This document shows, piece by piece, positions 31,259 to 40,973 of a stretch of 64,000 nt of DNA. Every line of letters starts with the position of its first letter. Positions within the stretch are counted from its first letter, which is position 1. The position numbers were made by a program, and so were the translations under genes. The DNA is from Candidatus Saccharicenans sp. (GTDB lineage Bacteria > Acidobacteriota > Aminicenantia > Aminicenantales > Saccharicenantaceae), in NCBI GenBank assembly GCA_030018265.1, contig JASEFX010000006.1, forward strand, positions 23,476 through 87,475. The letters run 5' to 3'. The notes beneath the pieces were generated by a model. The model had not been told where the DNA came from. It was given only the letters and a program-made list of their open reading frames with translations, and searched no databases.

Positions 31259-32209
31259 CTATTTTTTGCCGCACCTGAACCAGTCGATGGTCAGAAGCAA
31301 TCCGGTCCGGAAATCTATCTCCGGAGTGAACCCGAGCTTTTCTTCAGCCAGCGAGATGTCAGCCGAAGATTCAAAAATGTCACCAGGCCTGGCCTCAGCA
31401 TATTCCGGTAAAACCGAACAGCTGAGCAATTCCTGAAGAATTTTCACCAGATCGTTGATGGTAATTCTAACAGAGGCTCCGATGTTAAAGGCCTCTCCCC
31501 GGAAACAGGTCGAGCTGGCGGCCAGCAGGTTGGCTCTGACAACGTTTCCCACATAGATGAAATCTCTCGATTGCTGGCCATCGCCGAAAATGAGCGGAGG
31601 CTTTCCCTGAAGCATTCTGGTTATGAAAATGGGAATGACGGCCGCATACTGGGAAGAAGGGTCCTGCCTCGGGCCGAAAACATTAAAATAACGAAGACAG
31701 ACAGCGTTGAAGCCATACAGCTGGCTGAAGACCTGGCAGTATTTTTCTGAAGCGAGTTTCTGGGCGCCGTAAGGAGAAAGTGCTTTCCCTTCGCGCCCTT
31801 CCTTTTTCGGCATATGCGGATCGTCTCCATAAACTGCTGAAGAAGAAGCGAAGACAAAACTTTTTACACCGGTCCGGGCGGCCGCCAGCAGCAGGTTGAG
31901 AGTTCCGGTGAGGTTGACTTCATGGGCCAGAAGTGGCTCGGCCACCGACCGGGGAACAGAAGCCAGGGCTGCCTGGTGCAGGATTACTTCCATTCCCTCA
32001 GCCGCCTGCAGGCAGGTTTCTCTGTCCCTTATGTCTCCCTTTATTACTTCCACCCGGTCTCGAAAAGATGAAATATTTTCTTCTTTCCCGCTGGAAAAAT
32101 CGTCGAGAATTCTCACCTGGCAACCGTGATTCACCAGGGTTTCAGCCAGATGCGAGCCGATGAAACCGGCTCCTCCAGTGACCAGGTAATTTTTGTATTT
32201 AAGCTGCAT
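31259..32209 (-). CDS. NAD-dependent nucleotide-sugar epimerase/dehydratase (extended SDR)
   Basis: 316 aa with VTGGAGFIGSHL and the catalytic YGAQK (YxxxK). Substrate not assignable. Confidence 0.8.
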   Translation of the reverse strand: MQLKYKNYLVTGGAGFIGSHLAETLVNHGCQVRILDDFSSGKEENISSFRDRVEVIKGDIRDRETCLQAAEGMEVILHQAALASVPRSVAEPLLAHEVNLTGTLNLLLAAARTGVKSFVFASSSAVYGDDPHMPKKEGREGKALSPYGAQKLASEKYCQVFSQLYGFNAVCLRYFNVFGPRQDPSSQYAAVIPIFITRMLQGKPPLIFGDGQQSRDFIYVGNVVRANLLAASSTCFRGEAFNIGASVRITINDLVKILQELLSCSVLPEYAEARPGDIFESSADISLAEEKLGFTPEIDFRTGLLLTIDWFRCGKK

Positions 32210-32778
32210 CAGGCCTGATCCTGAATTTTGATATGATGCCCGAGGTACCCGGATTTTTTGAGATATTCAATAACCCGGCGGGCGCTTTCCTCCAGAGTCT
32301 CCCGGTCGGTTTCCAGAACAAGCTCCGGGTTGAGCGGTTCTTCGTAGGGGTCGGAAATCCCGGTAAATTCTTTGATCTCGCCGCGAATCGCCTTCTGATA
32401 CATCCCCTTGACATCGCGCTGCATGCAGACTTCCAGCGGACACTTAACATACACTTCGATAAAATCGCCAATCTCGCGCCGCGCCTGTTCCCTCATCTCA
32501 CGATACGGAGAAATAAAAGAGGTCAGCACGGCCACCCCGTTTCTGGTGAGCAGTTTAGCCACAAAGGTTACCCGCCGTATGTTTTCATTGCGGTCTTCTC
32601 TGGAAAAGCCGAGGTCGCGACAGAGGCTCTGGCGGACCACATCGCCATCGAGCCTTTCCACCTTCAGGTGGTGAGCGCGCAGAATTTCAGCCACCCGGTC
32701 AGCCACCGCCGACTTTCCCGAACACGGCAGACCGGTGAACCAGACGGTGAATCCTTTCTGTTCTTCGCACATCATCAA
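32209..32778 (-). CDS. cysC: adenylyl-sulfate (APS) kinase
   Basis: 189 aa with the P-loop VWFTGLPCSGKSAVA and LDGDVVRQSL. Confidence 0.9.
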   Translation of the reverse strand: MMMCEEQKGFTVWFTGLPCSGKSAVADRVAEILRAHHLKVERLDGDVVRQSLCRDLGFSREDRNENIRRVTFVAKLLTRNGVAVLTSFISPYREMREQARREIGDFIEVYVKCPLEVCMQRDVKGMYQKAIRGEIKEFTGISDPYEEPLNPELVLETDRETLEESARRVIEYLKKSGYLGHHIKIQDQA

Positions 32779-32844
32779 GCTCCTTCAGTATTACGAATTT
32801 CTATTTTGTGTTGCTCAATAAGCCCCGGTTAAGAATATTGCCGG

Positions 32845-34227
32845 CTATTCCAGCAGCCGACCCCGGAATCCGGAAACTTCCGGTCCCTGGAGCAGGCCGA
32901 GTATCGTCGGCGCTATATCGAGAATGCTGGCGTCAACCTGACGGCTACCTTTTTTATCCGGATCGTAGAGGATATATATCCCCTCGTAATCATGGACAGC
33001 GTCATCCGGACCGGTGTCGTTTTCCTGAAGATAAAGCGTCCCGTACCCGACCGTCCCGGCGGATCTCCAGTAGAGGTCATCGAAATAAACCATCAGGTCC
33101 GGATATTCGCCGTTAAGTTCAGGATAATGCTCCTGCGGCTTTATGACGACAGTTTTCCACTCTTCTCCCTGAGGACCGCGAATGGCTTTTATCCTCTCCG
33201 CCAGTTCGTCCCTGTAGATTTCATAATCTTCCGGCTTTATGATCCCCTGTGGCTCGCGTCCTTCGACGTTCAGAAATATGCGAGCATAATAGCCTCCCCA
33301 GCCCCAGGCCCGGGTGCGGCTCCAGTCAATTTTCAGGTTGTCGACACTTTCACCGGGTTTCGGCTGCTCGGTGATAACCAGATCTCCCTGCTCCATGAGC
33401 CAGTCGTTAACACAGAAAGCTCCCTTCATCCTTTTCGCTCCGTGGTCGGAAACCACCAGCACGGCCGTCCGGTCGTCGATCTTTTCCAGCAGGCGACCTA
33501 TCCTTTCGTCCAGGTAACGATAATAATCATGTATAGCTGTCTCGTAGGGATTGCCGGGCTCATAGAGATGGTGCTCCCGGTCCATGAATTTCCAGAAAGC
33601 GTGGTGAATGCGGTCAACGCCGATCTCCACAAACCAGAAAAGCTCCCAGGTGCGATCTTCCAGCAGGTATTCAATCACCCGGAAATGATTTTCCGTCATC
33701 TCATAAATCTCGGCCAGAACCCGCGAACGGTCTTCTGTGCGGAAGGTGACGTCAAACTTAAAGGGTCCGAAGCGCTCTTCAATTTCCTGGCGGAGTTCGG
33801 CCGGGTAGGTATAAGGCTGCTCACTCGAGGGAGTTATGAAGCAGGAAATCAGCTTCCCCCGGAGCGGTTTCGGAGGATAACTCGGCGGAACTCCCACCAG
33901 AATGCTTTCCCTTCCCTGCTCGCCGAGATAATCCCAGACGGTTTTTTCGCGCACCGCCGTGGAATTGGCAATCCACATTTTGTTGTATTCATAGCCCCGG
34001 CGATGGCGAAAACCGTAAAGTCCGAGCTGGCCCGGGTCTTTACCGGTGGCCATCACCATCCAGGCAGGTATGGTTATCGGCGGGTCGCAGCTCCTGAGTT
34101 TCCCGTGGAGACCTCCATCGATTAAACTTTTCAGATTCGGCAGTTCATCCGCCCGGTCAAACACCAGAGCGGGAGCCGCGCAATCCAGCCCTATGACCAG
34201 CAATCTTTTTTTCATAACGCCTCTCAA
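32845..34227 (-). CDS. alkaline-phosphatase-superfamily enzyme, type I phosphodiesterase / nucleotide pyrophosphatase (NPP)-like
   Basis: 460 aa with the metal-site Asp in VIGLDCAAP, a nucleophile-Thr region CDPPITIPAWMVMATGKDPGQLG, and a distal VVSDHGA motif. No signal peptide is visible. The likely start is the Met at 34215 (MKKRLLV). Confidence 0.6.
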   Translation of the reverse strand: MRGVMKKRLLVIGLDCAAPALVFDRADELPNLKSLIDGGLHGKLRSCDPPITIPAWMVMATGKDPGQLGLYGFRHRRGYEYNKMWIANSTAVREKTVWDYLGEQGRESILVGVPPSYPPKPLRGKLISCFITPSSEQPYTYPAELRQEIEERFGPFKFDVTFRTEDRSRVLAEIYEMTENHFRVIEYLLEDRTWELFWFVEIGVDRIHHAFWKFMDREHHLYEPGNPYETAIHDYYRYLDERIGRLLEKIDDRTAVLVVSDHGAKRMKGAFCVNDWLMEQGDLVITEQPKPGESVDNLKIDWSRTRAWGWGGYYARIFLNVEGREPQGIIKPEDYEIYRDELAERIKAIRGPQGEEWKTVVIKPQEHYPELNGEYPDLMVYFDDLYWRSAGTVGYGTLYLQENDTGPDDAVHDYEGIYILYDPDKKGSRQVDASILDIAPTILGLLQGPEVSGFRGRLLE

Positions 34228-35372
34228 TCGTTGAACGGATTTTCAAAAGACAGAATTACCCTGGCCACTTCCGGTCTCATCAATTCCGGAGGCGGAATTT
34301 CACCCCCGGCCAGCAGATCCCGGATTTTCGTGCCGGAGAACTGAATATGTGAAGAAGCTTCGTGCGGACAGGTCTTTTCGTTTTCTATCGAGCCGCACCT
34401 GCGGCAGTAAAAGAACGACTTGAAAAACAGCGGCACTATGCCCAGGTCAGGGAATTCTTCAAATATTTCCTGAGCAGCATAGGGCCGATAATAATTGCCA
34501 ACACCCGCATGGTCGCGACCTATGATGATATGGGTACAGCCAAAATTCTTTCTGATGATGGCATGATGGATGGCTTCCCGCGGACCGGCATAGCGCATTT
34601 CCATCTTAAGAATAGCCATGACCGCCCTTTCCTTCAGATAATAATGCTTGATAAGCTCCTCGTAGGAAGCCAGGATGACCTCATCGCGGAAGTCGCCTTT
34701 TTTCTTGCGCCCGATGACCGGGTTGATGAACAGTCCGTCTGTAAAGGTAAGGGCAGCCTTCTGAACGTATTCATGACCGAGATGTGGAGTGTTACGGGTC
34801 TGAAAGCCGACGATTGTTTTCCAGCCTTTTTCCCTGAAGAGAACCCGGGTTTCTTTCGGAGACAGCCGGTAGCGGTCAAACGGAGTGGGTTCCAGTTCAA
34901 ACAGCTCGACCGGCCCTCCCAGCAAAACCTCTTTCATGGCCAGCACCCGGCTGACTCCCGGATGTGCCGGGTCGGTCGTGCCGTAAACTTTCCGGCTGAA
35001 CTCTTCCCGGTTAAACTTATATTTCTCTTCCACGGTGAGCACCCCGACGGGCTTCAGCTGCTCGTTCTTCAGGATGATTTCCTGACCTTCTCTGATTCTG
35101 CCGGCGAGTTCCCTGTCGACATCCAGAACTATCGGGATGGTCCAGGGAAGGTCATTCGAAAGCCTCATATGGTCAAGCACGCTGAGAAAATCCCGTTGAT
35201 TGAGAAATCCCTCCAGCGGGGAATAAACTCCGGTGGCTATGTTTTCCAGGTCGGAAACCAGATCCGGGTCAAGAACAACCGAAACCATTTCCGCAGCTCT
35301 GGAAATGATTTCCTTCTTTTTTTCTTCGCTGGCCAGACGTTCAATCAGCCGGCCGCCATGTGGTGGTATCAT
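34224..35372 (-). CDS. sat: sulfate adenylyltransferase (ATP sulfurylase, Sat type)
   Basis: 382 aa with FQTRNTPHLGHEYVQK (HxxH) and IIGRDHAGVG motifs. Confidence 0.9.
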   Translation of the reverse strand: MIPPHGGRLIERLASEEKKKEIISRAAEMVSVVLDPDLVSDLENIATGVYSPLEGFLNQRDFLSVLDHMRLSNDLPWTIPIVLDVDRELAGRIREGQEIILKNEQLKPVGVLTVEEKYKFNREEFSRKVYGTTDPAHPGVSRVLAMKEVLLGGPVELFELEPTPFDRYRLSPKETRVLFREKGWKTIVGFQTRNTPHLGHEYVQKAALTFTDGLFINPVIGRKKKGDFRDEVILASYEELIKHYYLKERAVMAILKMEMRYAGPREAIHHAIIRKNFGCTHIIIGRDHAGVGNYYRPYAAQEIFEEFPDLGIVPLFFKSFFYCRRCGSIENEKTCPHEASSHIQFSGTKIRDLLAGGEIPPPELMRPEVARVILSFENPFND

Positions 35373-35419
35373 CGTGGAACTCCTTTCAGAGTTATCAGGC
35401 GGGAATACCGTTCAGCTCC

Positions 35420-35638
35420 TCAATCGATATAACCCAGCGCTTTCAACCTCTCCTTGATTTTTTCTTCTTCATCAGGGCTGAAAACTTCTTTGTTTTCTTC
35501 TTCCCGGGCCAGGCTTTCCCGGAGAACCCTGGTCACATAACTGGAAACCGAGCTGAATTCGGTCCCTTTGATCTTTTCTTCGATTTTTTTATAGAGGGAC
35601 GTGGGTATCGAAACCTGAGTAAATTCTTTTTCCATCAT
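35420..35638 (-). CDS. small ribbon-helix-helix (CopG-like) protein
   Basis: 72 aa. The N-terminal TQVSIPTSLYKKIEEKI has a beta-strand/helix pattern followed by an acidic tail. First gene of the sat operon. Assignment is by pattern only. Confidence 0.45.
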   Translation of the reverse strand: MMEKEFTQVSIPTSLYKKIEEKIKGTEFSSVSSYVTRVLRESLAREEENKEVFSPDEEEKIKERLKALGYID

Positions 35639-35918
35639 TCCTCCTGAGAGAATTTTATATACCAGAAGCGTAGCTTTTTCAACCTGTTAAGCCAGAAATA
35701 TCCTTTTCTCGACCCGGCACCTTGAAAGAAGATGCCATGCCTGCTGCTATGACCGCTTATTCGACAATTACGGCCTGCTGAAACTGAACTCCGGAGATTG
35801 TCTCTCGAGCTGTAATCGGCAGCCGGTCTGAAGCCGGTTGCCCTCTCCGTACATTCAGCTGCCAGCCCTTACCCTGTTTTCAGCCACTCCCCCGCTCTCC
35901 GGGCCGGGTTCTGCTTAC

Positions 35919-35947
35919 TTGACAAAGAATTTTATCCGTGATTAAAT
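35919..35947 (+). promoter_or_regulatory. candidate sigma70-type promoter of the phoH operon
   Basis: TTGACA (35919-35924), 17-nt spacer, TTAAAT (35942-35947), about 60 nt upstream of the phoH ATG. Confidence 0.4.
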
Positions 35948-36007
35948 TTTTATACCTGTAAGAGTAATTGAAATTCATGAAAAGGAGAATTCTGACCAGT
36001 CCTTAAA

Positions 36008-36952
36008 ATGGAAAAAATTTCCCACCCGTACGTTCGCCGCGTTTCCTTTTTCGGAGTCCTCGATAAAAACCTGAAAAAACTCGAAAGTCGTCTCGGTGTA
36101 ACTCTGTCGGTTCGCGGGGATAAGCTCATTCTGAATGGCGACGCCGAAAGAGTCCAGTTCGCCAGAAAATATTTTGAGAAAATTCAGGAACTCGAAGACA
36201 AAGGATATACCCTGCGGGAAGAAGACTTCCACATCGCCCTGGACCTGATGGAAGAGAATCCAGGTCAGCTGGAACAGTATGCTCCGGCAGAACCGATCTA
36301 TCTCCAGAGGAAATCGGTCGCCCCGAAAAGCCTGAACCAGCAGGCCTACATGAAAGCCATTAAAGAATACGACCTGGTTTTTGGCATCGGTCCGGCCGGA
36401 ACCGGAAAGACTTACCTGGCTATGGCCATGGCTCTCTCCTACCTCCAGAGCAAGCAGGTGAACCGGATTATCCTGACCAGACCGGCGGTAGAAGCTGGAG
36501 AGAGGCTCGGTTTTCTGCCTGGAGACCTGGTGCAGAAGATCAACCCATATCTCAGACCGCTCTATGACGCTCTTTATGACCTGACACCTCATGAACAGGC
36601 GAACCGGCTGGTCGAAAGGGGGATCATTGAAATCGCTCCTCTGGCATATATGCGTGGGCGAACGCTGAACAGCGCCTTCATCATTCTGGACGAAGCCCAG
36701 AACACCACGCGGGAACAGATGAAGATGATCCTCACCCGTCTTGGTTTTGACTCGAAACTTGTGATCACAGCCGACATCACTCAGATTGACCTCCCCCAGC
36801 CGAGGAAGTCCGGCGTCCTGCAGGCTATTAAAATCCTGTCCTCAATCAAAGAAATTGCCTTCATCTACTTCAACGAAAAAGACGTCGTCCGCCATCCTCT
36901 CGTCGGTAAGATCATAAAGGCCTATGCCAGAGCTGAATCCAGCGCAGTTTAA
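36008..36952 (+). CDS. phoH: PhoH-family ATPase
   Basis: 314 aa with Walker A GIGPAGTGKTYLAMA and ILDEAQN. Confidence 0.9.
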   Translation: MEKISHPYVRRVSFFGVLDKNLKKLESRLGVTLSVRGDKLILNGDAERVQFARKYFEKIQELEDKGYTLREEDFHIALDLMEENPGQLEQYAPAEPIYLQRKSVAPKSLNQQAYMKAIKEYDLVFGIGPAGTGKTYLAMAMALSYLQSKQVNRIILTRPAVEAGERLGFLPGDLVQKINPYLRPLYDALYDLTPHEQANRLVERGIIEIAPLAYMRGRTLNSAFIILDEAQNTTREQMKMILTRLGFDSKLVITADITQIDLPQPRKSGVLQAIKILSSIKEIAFIYFNEKDVVRHPLVGKIIKAYARAESSAV

Positions 36953-36958
36953 AAGACG

Positions 36959-39337
36959 ATGAAAACCCTCCAGTTCCGCCAGTTTCGTCTTTTTAAGAGC
37001 GACGAAATACTGCCCTGGCGGAAAAAACTGGAAAACGGGAAACCGGAAAAAGTTCCCTTCCTGAAAAGAATTCTCCAGCATCCTCTTCTTTACATAATAT
37101 TTTTTGCAGCTGTAATAGCTTTCCTCACTTCCTATTTCCCGGCCAGGCCGTTGCCGGCCATAAAGGTCGGGGAAATAGCCACCAGAGATATCATCAGCCC
37201 GATTACCATAACTATTGAGGACCGCCAGGCCACAGACGAGAGACGGGAGAGAGCTGAAGCCAACATACCTCCGGTTTACTCCTATAACCTTAAAATCATC
37301 GATGCCGTCCGTGAAAAAATAAAACAATTCTTCGAGATGGCGCGAGCCTGGGAGAGTTCCTCCGTCAGCTCCAGCCTGAAGGACCTGCAAAACAATCTAT
37401 CAGAAAATCTGGGAATCGACCTGGATGAAACTACCCTGAATCAACTGGCCAGACAGAAATTTTCCTCCGAGCTCGAAGATCTGCTGGTTGAAATTCTGAC
37501 CCCGCTTCTATTTAAAGAAATCGTCCTTTCCCGCAGTCTGTTCAACCACGGAGAAACGGAAAAAGGTCTGCTGGTCATCAAAGGTAAAGAAGAGAAGCTC
37601 CTGAAAGCGGCCGAAGTTCTCGACCTGAAAGAAGCCAGGGCCTTTCTCAACGCAGAGATTAATTCACTGGAAATACCATCCCGGCAGAGGAATATACTTA
37701 AAACTTTAGCGCCGGCTTTTATTGTTCCTACCATCAATTACGATGCCCAGGAAACCGAAATCAGGCGATTGAAAGCCAGAAATCAGGTTGAGCCGGTGTT
37801 TTACACCATAAAAAAAGGGAAAGTCCTCATAAGAAAAGGAGATGAAGCCACACCTTCGGTCATAGAGCAAATTTCTATAATAAATCAGCAGATAAGCAAT
37901 CAGGCCCACTGGCTGGTGCAGTTTTTCGGCCTGCTATTCCTGTATTCGGTTATCTTCTTTTTCATCTGGAATTTTTTGGAGTGGCTGGCAGCGGTCGAGA
38001 AAAAATTGAACCTGCTGCAGATGATCGGCTTTTCGCTTCTTCTGAGTTTCGTCATTTACAAAGCGAGTTTATTCGTGGCCGAAGCTATGAGCACCTCGCT
38101 TTCCATCATCAACGTTAACAAAGATTCGCTGACCTATGGTTTTCCGTTCCAGTTCGCCACTTTTATTTTTGCCCTGCTCACCCGCCGGGAAATCGCTGTC
38201 ATCTACTGCGTTATAAACAGCCTGCTGGCCGGTTATCTGCTCGGCGGTGATTATTTCACCGGAATATACGTCCTGCTGGGAGGAATCGCAGCCATTTACG
38301 GACTGAGGTATTATCTGGCCTCGAGCCGTAATTCCATCCTGAAGGCCGGACTTATGGTCCTGGCACCGTTTCAGGTTATTCTGGTTCTGCTTACCTACCT
38401 GATCCGTCAGTCCTTTCCCGAGTTTTCGAACATGTCGGCCGAGCTGTTGTCGGCAGCGGCCGGCGGATTGCTCAGCGCGGCTCTCGCTTTTGTTCTGCTG
38501 CCACCCTTTGAAAGCCTGTTTGGCTTTGTCACCGACACCAAACTTCATGAACTGACCAATTCCGACCTGCCGATATTCCGTCAGCTGGCCCTGGAAGCTC
38601 CGGGCACTTACCACCATTCGTTGATCGTCTCCACCTTAGCCGAAAAAGCCGCGGAAAAGATAAACGCCAATTCGCTTGTGGTCAAAGCGGGCGGACTCTA
38701 TCACGATATCGGAAAGATGAAGAGGCCCGAGTACTTCAGCGAAAACCAGACTTCCCGGGAAGATGTTCACCGCGAGTTAACCCCTTCTCTTAGCACTCTG
38801 GTAATAATAAACCACGTTAAGGACGGCATAGACCTGGCCCGCAAATTAAAACTGCCCCAGCCGCTCATCGACCTGATCGCCCAGCATCACGGGACTTCGA
38901 TCGTTCGATATTTCTTCCATAAAGCCAAGCAAAAATATGACCCGGAACTGCATAAAATAGAAGCTGAAGATTTTCGTTATGCCGGGCCCACTCCCAGAAG
39001 CAAAGAAGCCGGTCTGCTCCTGCTGGCTGACTCGGTGGAAGCGGCGGCCAGAAGCCTCAACAACCCGACCAGACAGAACCTCAAGCAAGTGATAACTGAG
39101 ATATTTAACAACCATATCCAGGACGGCCAGCTTGACGATTGCGGCTTTACCCTGAAAGATCTCCGGGTGATTGCCAATTCCTTTCTGATCACTCTGGACG
39201 CCATTTATCACCCCAGGCCGAAGTATCCTGGTTTTGATTTTGAAAAACAAGCAGAAAAGAAAGAAGAAGGAAAAAAGAAAAATGGTCGTAATAATAAACA
39301 AACTGAAGAAGAATCCGGTCCCGCTAAACAGACTTAA
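36959..39337 (+). CDS. 7TM-receptor-type membrane HD/HDIG phosphohydrolase (YqfF/PgpH-like)
   Basis: 792 aa with an extracellular N-domain, a 7-TM block, and an HD domain (HHSLIVS, GGLYHDIGK, QHHGTS). Confidence 0.85.
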   Translation: MKTLQFRQFRLFKSDEILPWRKKLENGKPEKVPFLKRILQHPLLYIIFFAAVIAFLTSYFPARPLPAIKVGEIATRDIISPITITIEDRQATDERRERAEANIPPVYSYNLKIIDAVREKIKQFFEMARAWESSSVSSSLKDLQNNLSENLGIDLDETTLNQLARQKFSSELEDLLVEILTPLLFKEIVLSRSLFNHGETEKGLLVIKGKEEKLLKAAEVLDLKEARAFLNAEINSLEIPSRQRNILKTLAPAFIVPTINYDAQETEIRRLKARNQVEPVFYTIKKGKVLIRKGDEATPSVIEQISIINQQISNQAHWLVQFFGLLFLYSVIFFFIWNFLEWLAAVEKKLNLLQMIGFSLLLSFVIYKASLFVAEAMSTSLSIINVNKDSLTYGFPFQFATFIFALLTRREIAVIYCVINSLLAGYLLGGDYFTGIYVLLGGIAAIYGLRYYLASSRNSILKAGLMVLAPFQVILVLLTYLIRQSFPEFSNMSAELLSAAAGGLLSAALAFVLLPPFESLFGFVTDTKLHELTNSDLPIFRQLALEAPGTYHHSLIVSTLAEKAAEKINANSLVVKAGGLYHDIGKMKRPEYFSENQTSREDVHRELTPSLSTLVIINHVKDGIDLARKLKLPQPLIDLIAQHHGTSIVRYFFHKAKQKYDPELHKIEAEDFRYAGPTPRSKEAGLLLLADSVEAAARSLNNPTRQNLKQVITEIFNNHIQDGQLDDCGFTLKDLRVIANSFLITLDAIYHPRPKYPGFDFEKQAEKKEEGKKKNGRNNKQTEEESGPAKQT

Positions 39338-39713
39338 ACAGCTGCTGGAAAAGCTATGCCGGAGTTACCGGGTTCAGCGAGCTGAAGTGGTTCTGACCCT
39401 GGTGGGCCGCCGGGCTATCCATTCTCTAAACCGCCGGTACCGGCGCAAGGACAGGCCGACCGATGTGTTGAGTTTCCCGATCGGGGAAAAAGGCCCTGAC
39501 GGCAAATTTTATCTTGGAGACATAATCATCTGTCCGGAAGTGGCCAGAAAACAGGCCCGTAAGCAGGGGCACTCTCTTCTACGAGAAATGGAGATACTGA
39601 CTATCCACGGGTTCCTCCACCTGCTGGGGTTCGAGCATTATAAAGGCATGGAGGAAGAAGAGGCCCGGATCAGGCCGCGCTTTTTGAAAAACTACCGTGC
39701 GGATAATCTGTGA
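39282..39713 (+). CDS. ybeY: rRNA maturation endoribonuclease YbeY
   Basis: PTDVLSFP and the zinc motif HGFLHLLGFEH. The track start 39234 lies further inside the upstream gene; the Met at 39282 (MVVIINK) is more plausible. Confidence 0.88.
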   Translation: MVVIINKLKKNPVPLNRLKQLLEKLCRSYRVQRAEVVLTLVGRRAIHSLNRRYRRKDRPTDVLSFPIGEKGPDGKFYLGDIIICPEVARKQARKQGHSLLREMEILTIHGFLHLLGFEHYKGMEEEEARIRPRFLKNYRADNL

Positions 39714-40972
39714 TGGCGATGGCTGGCTCTGAAGCTCTGCTTTTCCTCCTGATTTTGAGTTTCATCCTGACCTTTATACTATCCGTTCTCAACATTATTT
39801 TTTCCACCTATTCGAGAATAGGTTTTTCCCGGCTGCTGGACGAAAAAAACCCTCTGAAGGATGACATTCTCGACCGCTATGACGAATTCAGGATCGCCAT
39901 CGAATTCGGACGGATCATTTTCCTTCTGATGTTCGTCATGCTGCTCCAGCGGAACTGGCCGCTGCTCAACCGAAAATCACTTCTTTTCTTCCTTGTCATT
40001 TTTACCTCCTACTTTCTGCTGTTTGACTATCTGCCGAGACTTTTTCTGCTGGTGATAAAAGAAAACCACCTTAAATTTTTTCTGCCGGTGCTGGTGCCCT
40101 TAAAATTTCTGCTGTTCCCGTTTCTCATCGTGCCACAAATATACCTCAAAAGAGAAGAGGAACGGCAGGCTACCAGTCGGGCGCGTGAAGCCAGTGAAGA
40201 GGAAATAGAGACCTTTATAGATGAAGCCACAGAAGAAGGAATCATCGAACAAGACGAGGACGAACTGCTTCGCGGCGTGGTGGAATTTGGCGATCGGCAG
40301 GTCAGAGAAATAATGACCCCCAGAAGCCGGATGGTGACAGTGAGTCTGGAAATTACCGTTCATGAATTGAAGGAAATTTTTATCCGGGAGAAATATTCTC
40401 GCATCCCTGTTTACCGGGACCGGCTGGACAACATTGTCGGGATGGTCATGGCGAAGGATCTGCTGGAATTCGCTGACGGCACGCAGTCCGAAAGAAAGAT
40501 CGATTTTCTGCTTAGACCGGCGCTTTTTGTTCCCGAAACCATGCCGGTGAAAAAGCTTCTTTCGGAATTCAAAAAGAACAGGCAGAAACTGGCCATCGTC
40601 ATCGATGAATACGGCGGAGTTTCCGGATTGGTGACCATGGAGGACGTTCTGGAGGAAATTGTCGGGGAGATCCAGGACGAATATGACACGGAAGAACCGC
40701 AGATAGTGGTGGAAAAACCCGATACCTACCTGGTGCACGGGGAGACCGAAGTGGAAGAGCTGGAGGAAGTCCTGGGTTGCGAACTTTCAGAAGAGAATTT
40801 TCAGACGGTAAATGGGTTGCTGCAACAGCACCTCGGGCGTCTGCCCCAGCCCGGGGAAAAGCTCGAGCTGACCAACCTCGAATTTGAAATTTTAGAGGTG
40901 GATGAGCGCAGCATCCAGAAAGTCCGCCTCACCCGAAAGCCAGCCGAAAGCAACCAGGAAGGAGAAGAATAA
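39710..40972 (+). CDS. CNNM/CorC-HlyC family transporter-associated protein (DUF21-CBS pair-CorC_HlyC)
   Basis: 420 aa with N-terminal TM helices, a CBS pair (VREIMTPRSRM ... VIDEYGGVSGLVTMEDVLEEIVGEI), and a C-terminal transporter-associated domain. Confidence 0.85.
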   Translation: MMAMAGSEALLFLLILSFILTFILSVLNIIFSTYSRIGFSRLLDEKNPLKDDILDRYDEFRIAIEFGRIIFLLMFVMLLQRNWPLLNRKSLLFFLVIFTSYFLLFDYLPRLFLLVIKENHLKFFLPVLVPLKFLLFPFLIVPQIYLKREEERQATSRAREASEEEIETFIDEATEEGIIEQDEDELLRGVVEFGDRQVREIMTPRSRMVTVSLEITVHELKEIFIREKYSRIPVYRDRLDNIVGMVMAKDLLEFADGTQSERKIDFLLRPALFVPETMPVKKLLSEFKKNRQKLAIVIDEYGGVSGLVTMEDVLEEIVGEIQDEYDTEEPQIVVEKPDTYLVHGETEVEELEEVLGCELSEENFQTVNGLLQQHLGRLPQPGEKLELTNLEFEILEVDERSIQKVRLTRKPAESNQEGEE

Positions 40973-40973
40973 G

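Noticed and set aside
39234-39337. 56-104-nt overlap between the Lys-rich 3' end of the 7TM-HD gene and the ybeY ORF in a purine-rich tract, considered as possible programmed frameshifting or fusion.
   Set aside because: Both proteins are complete with their own start and stop. The Met at 39282 gives a normal YbeY N-terminus. No slippery heptamer is in the correct register. This looks like an ordinary operon overlap.
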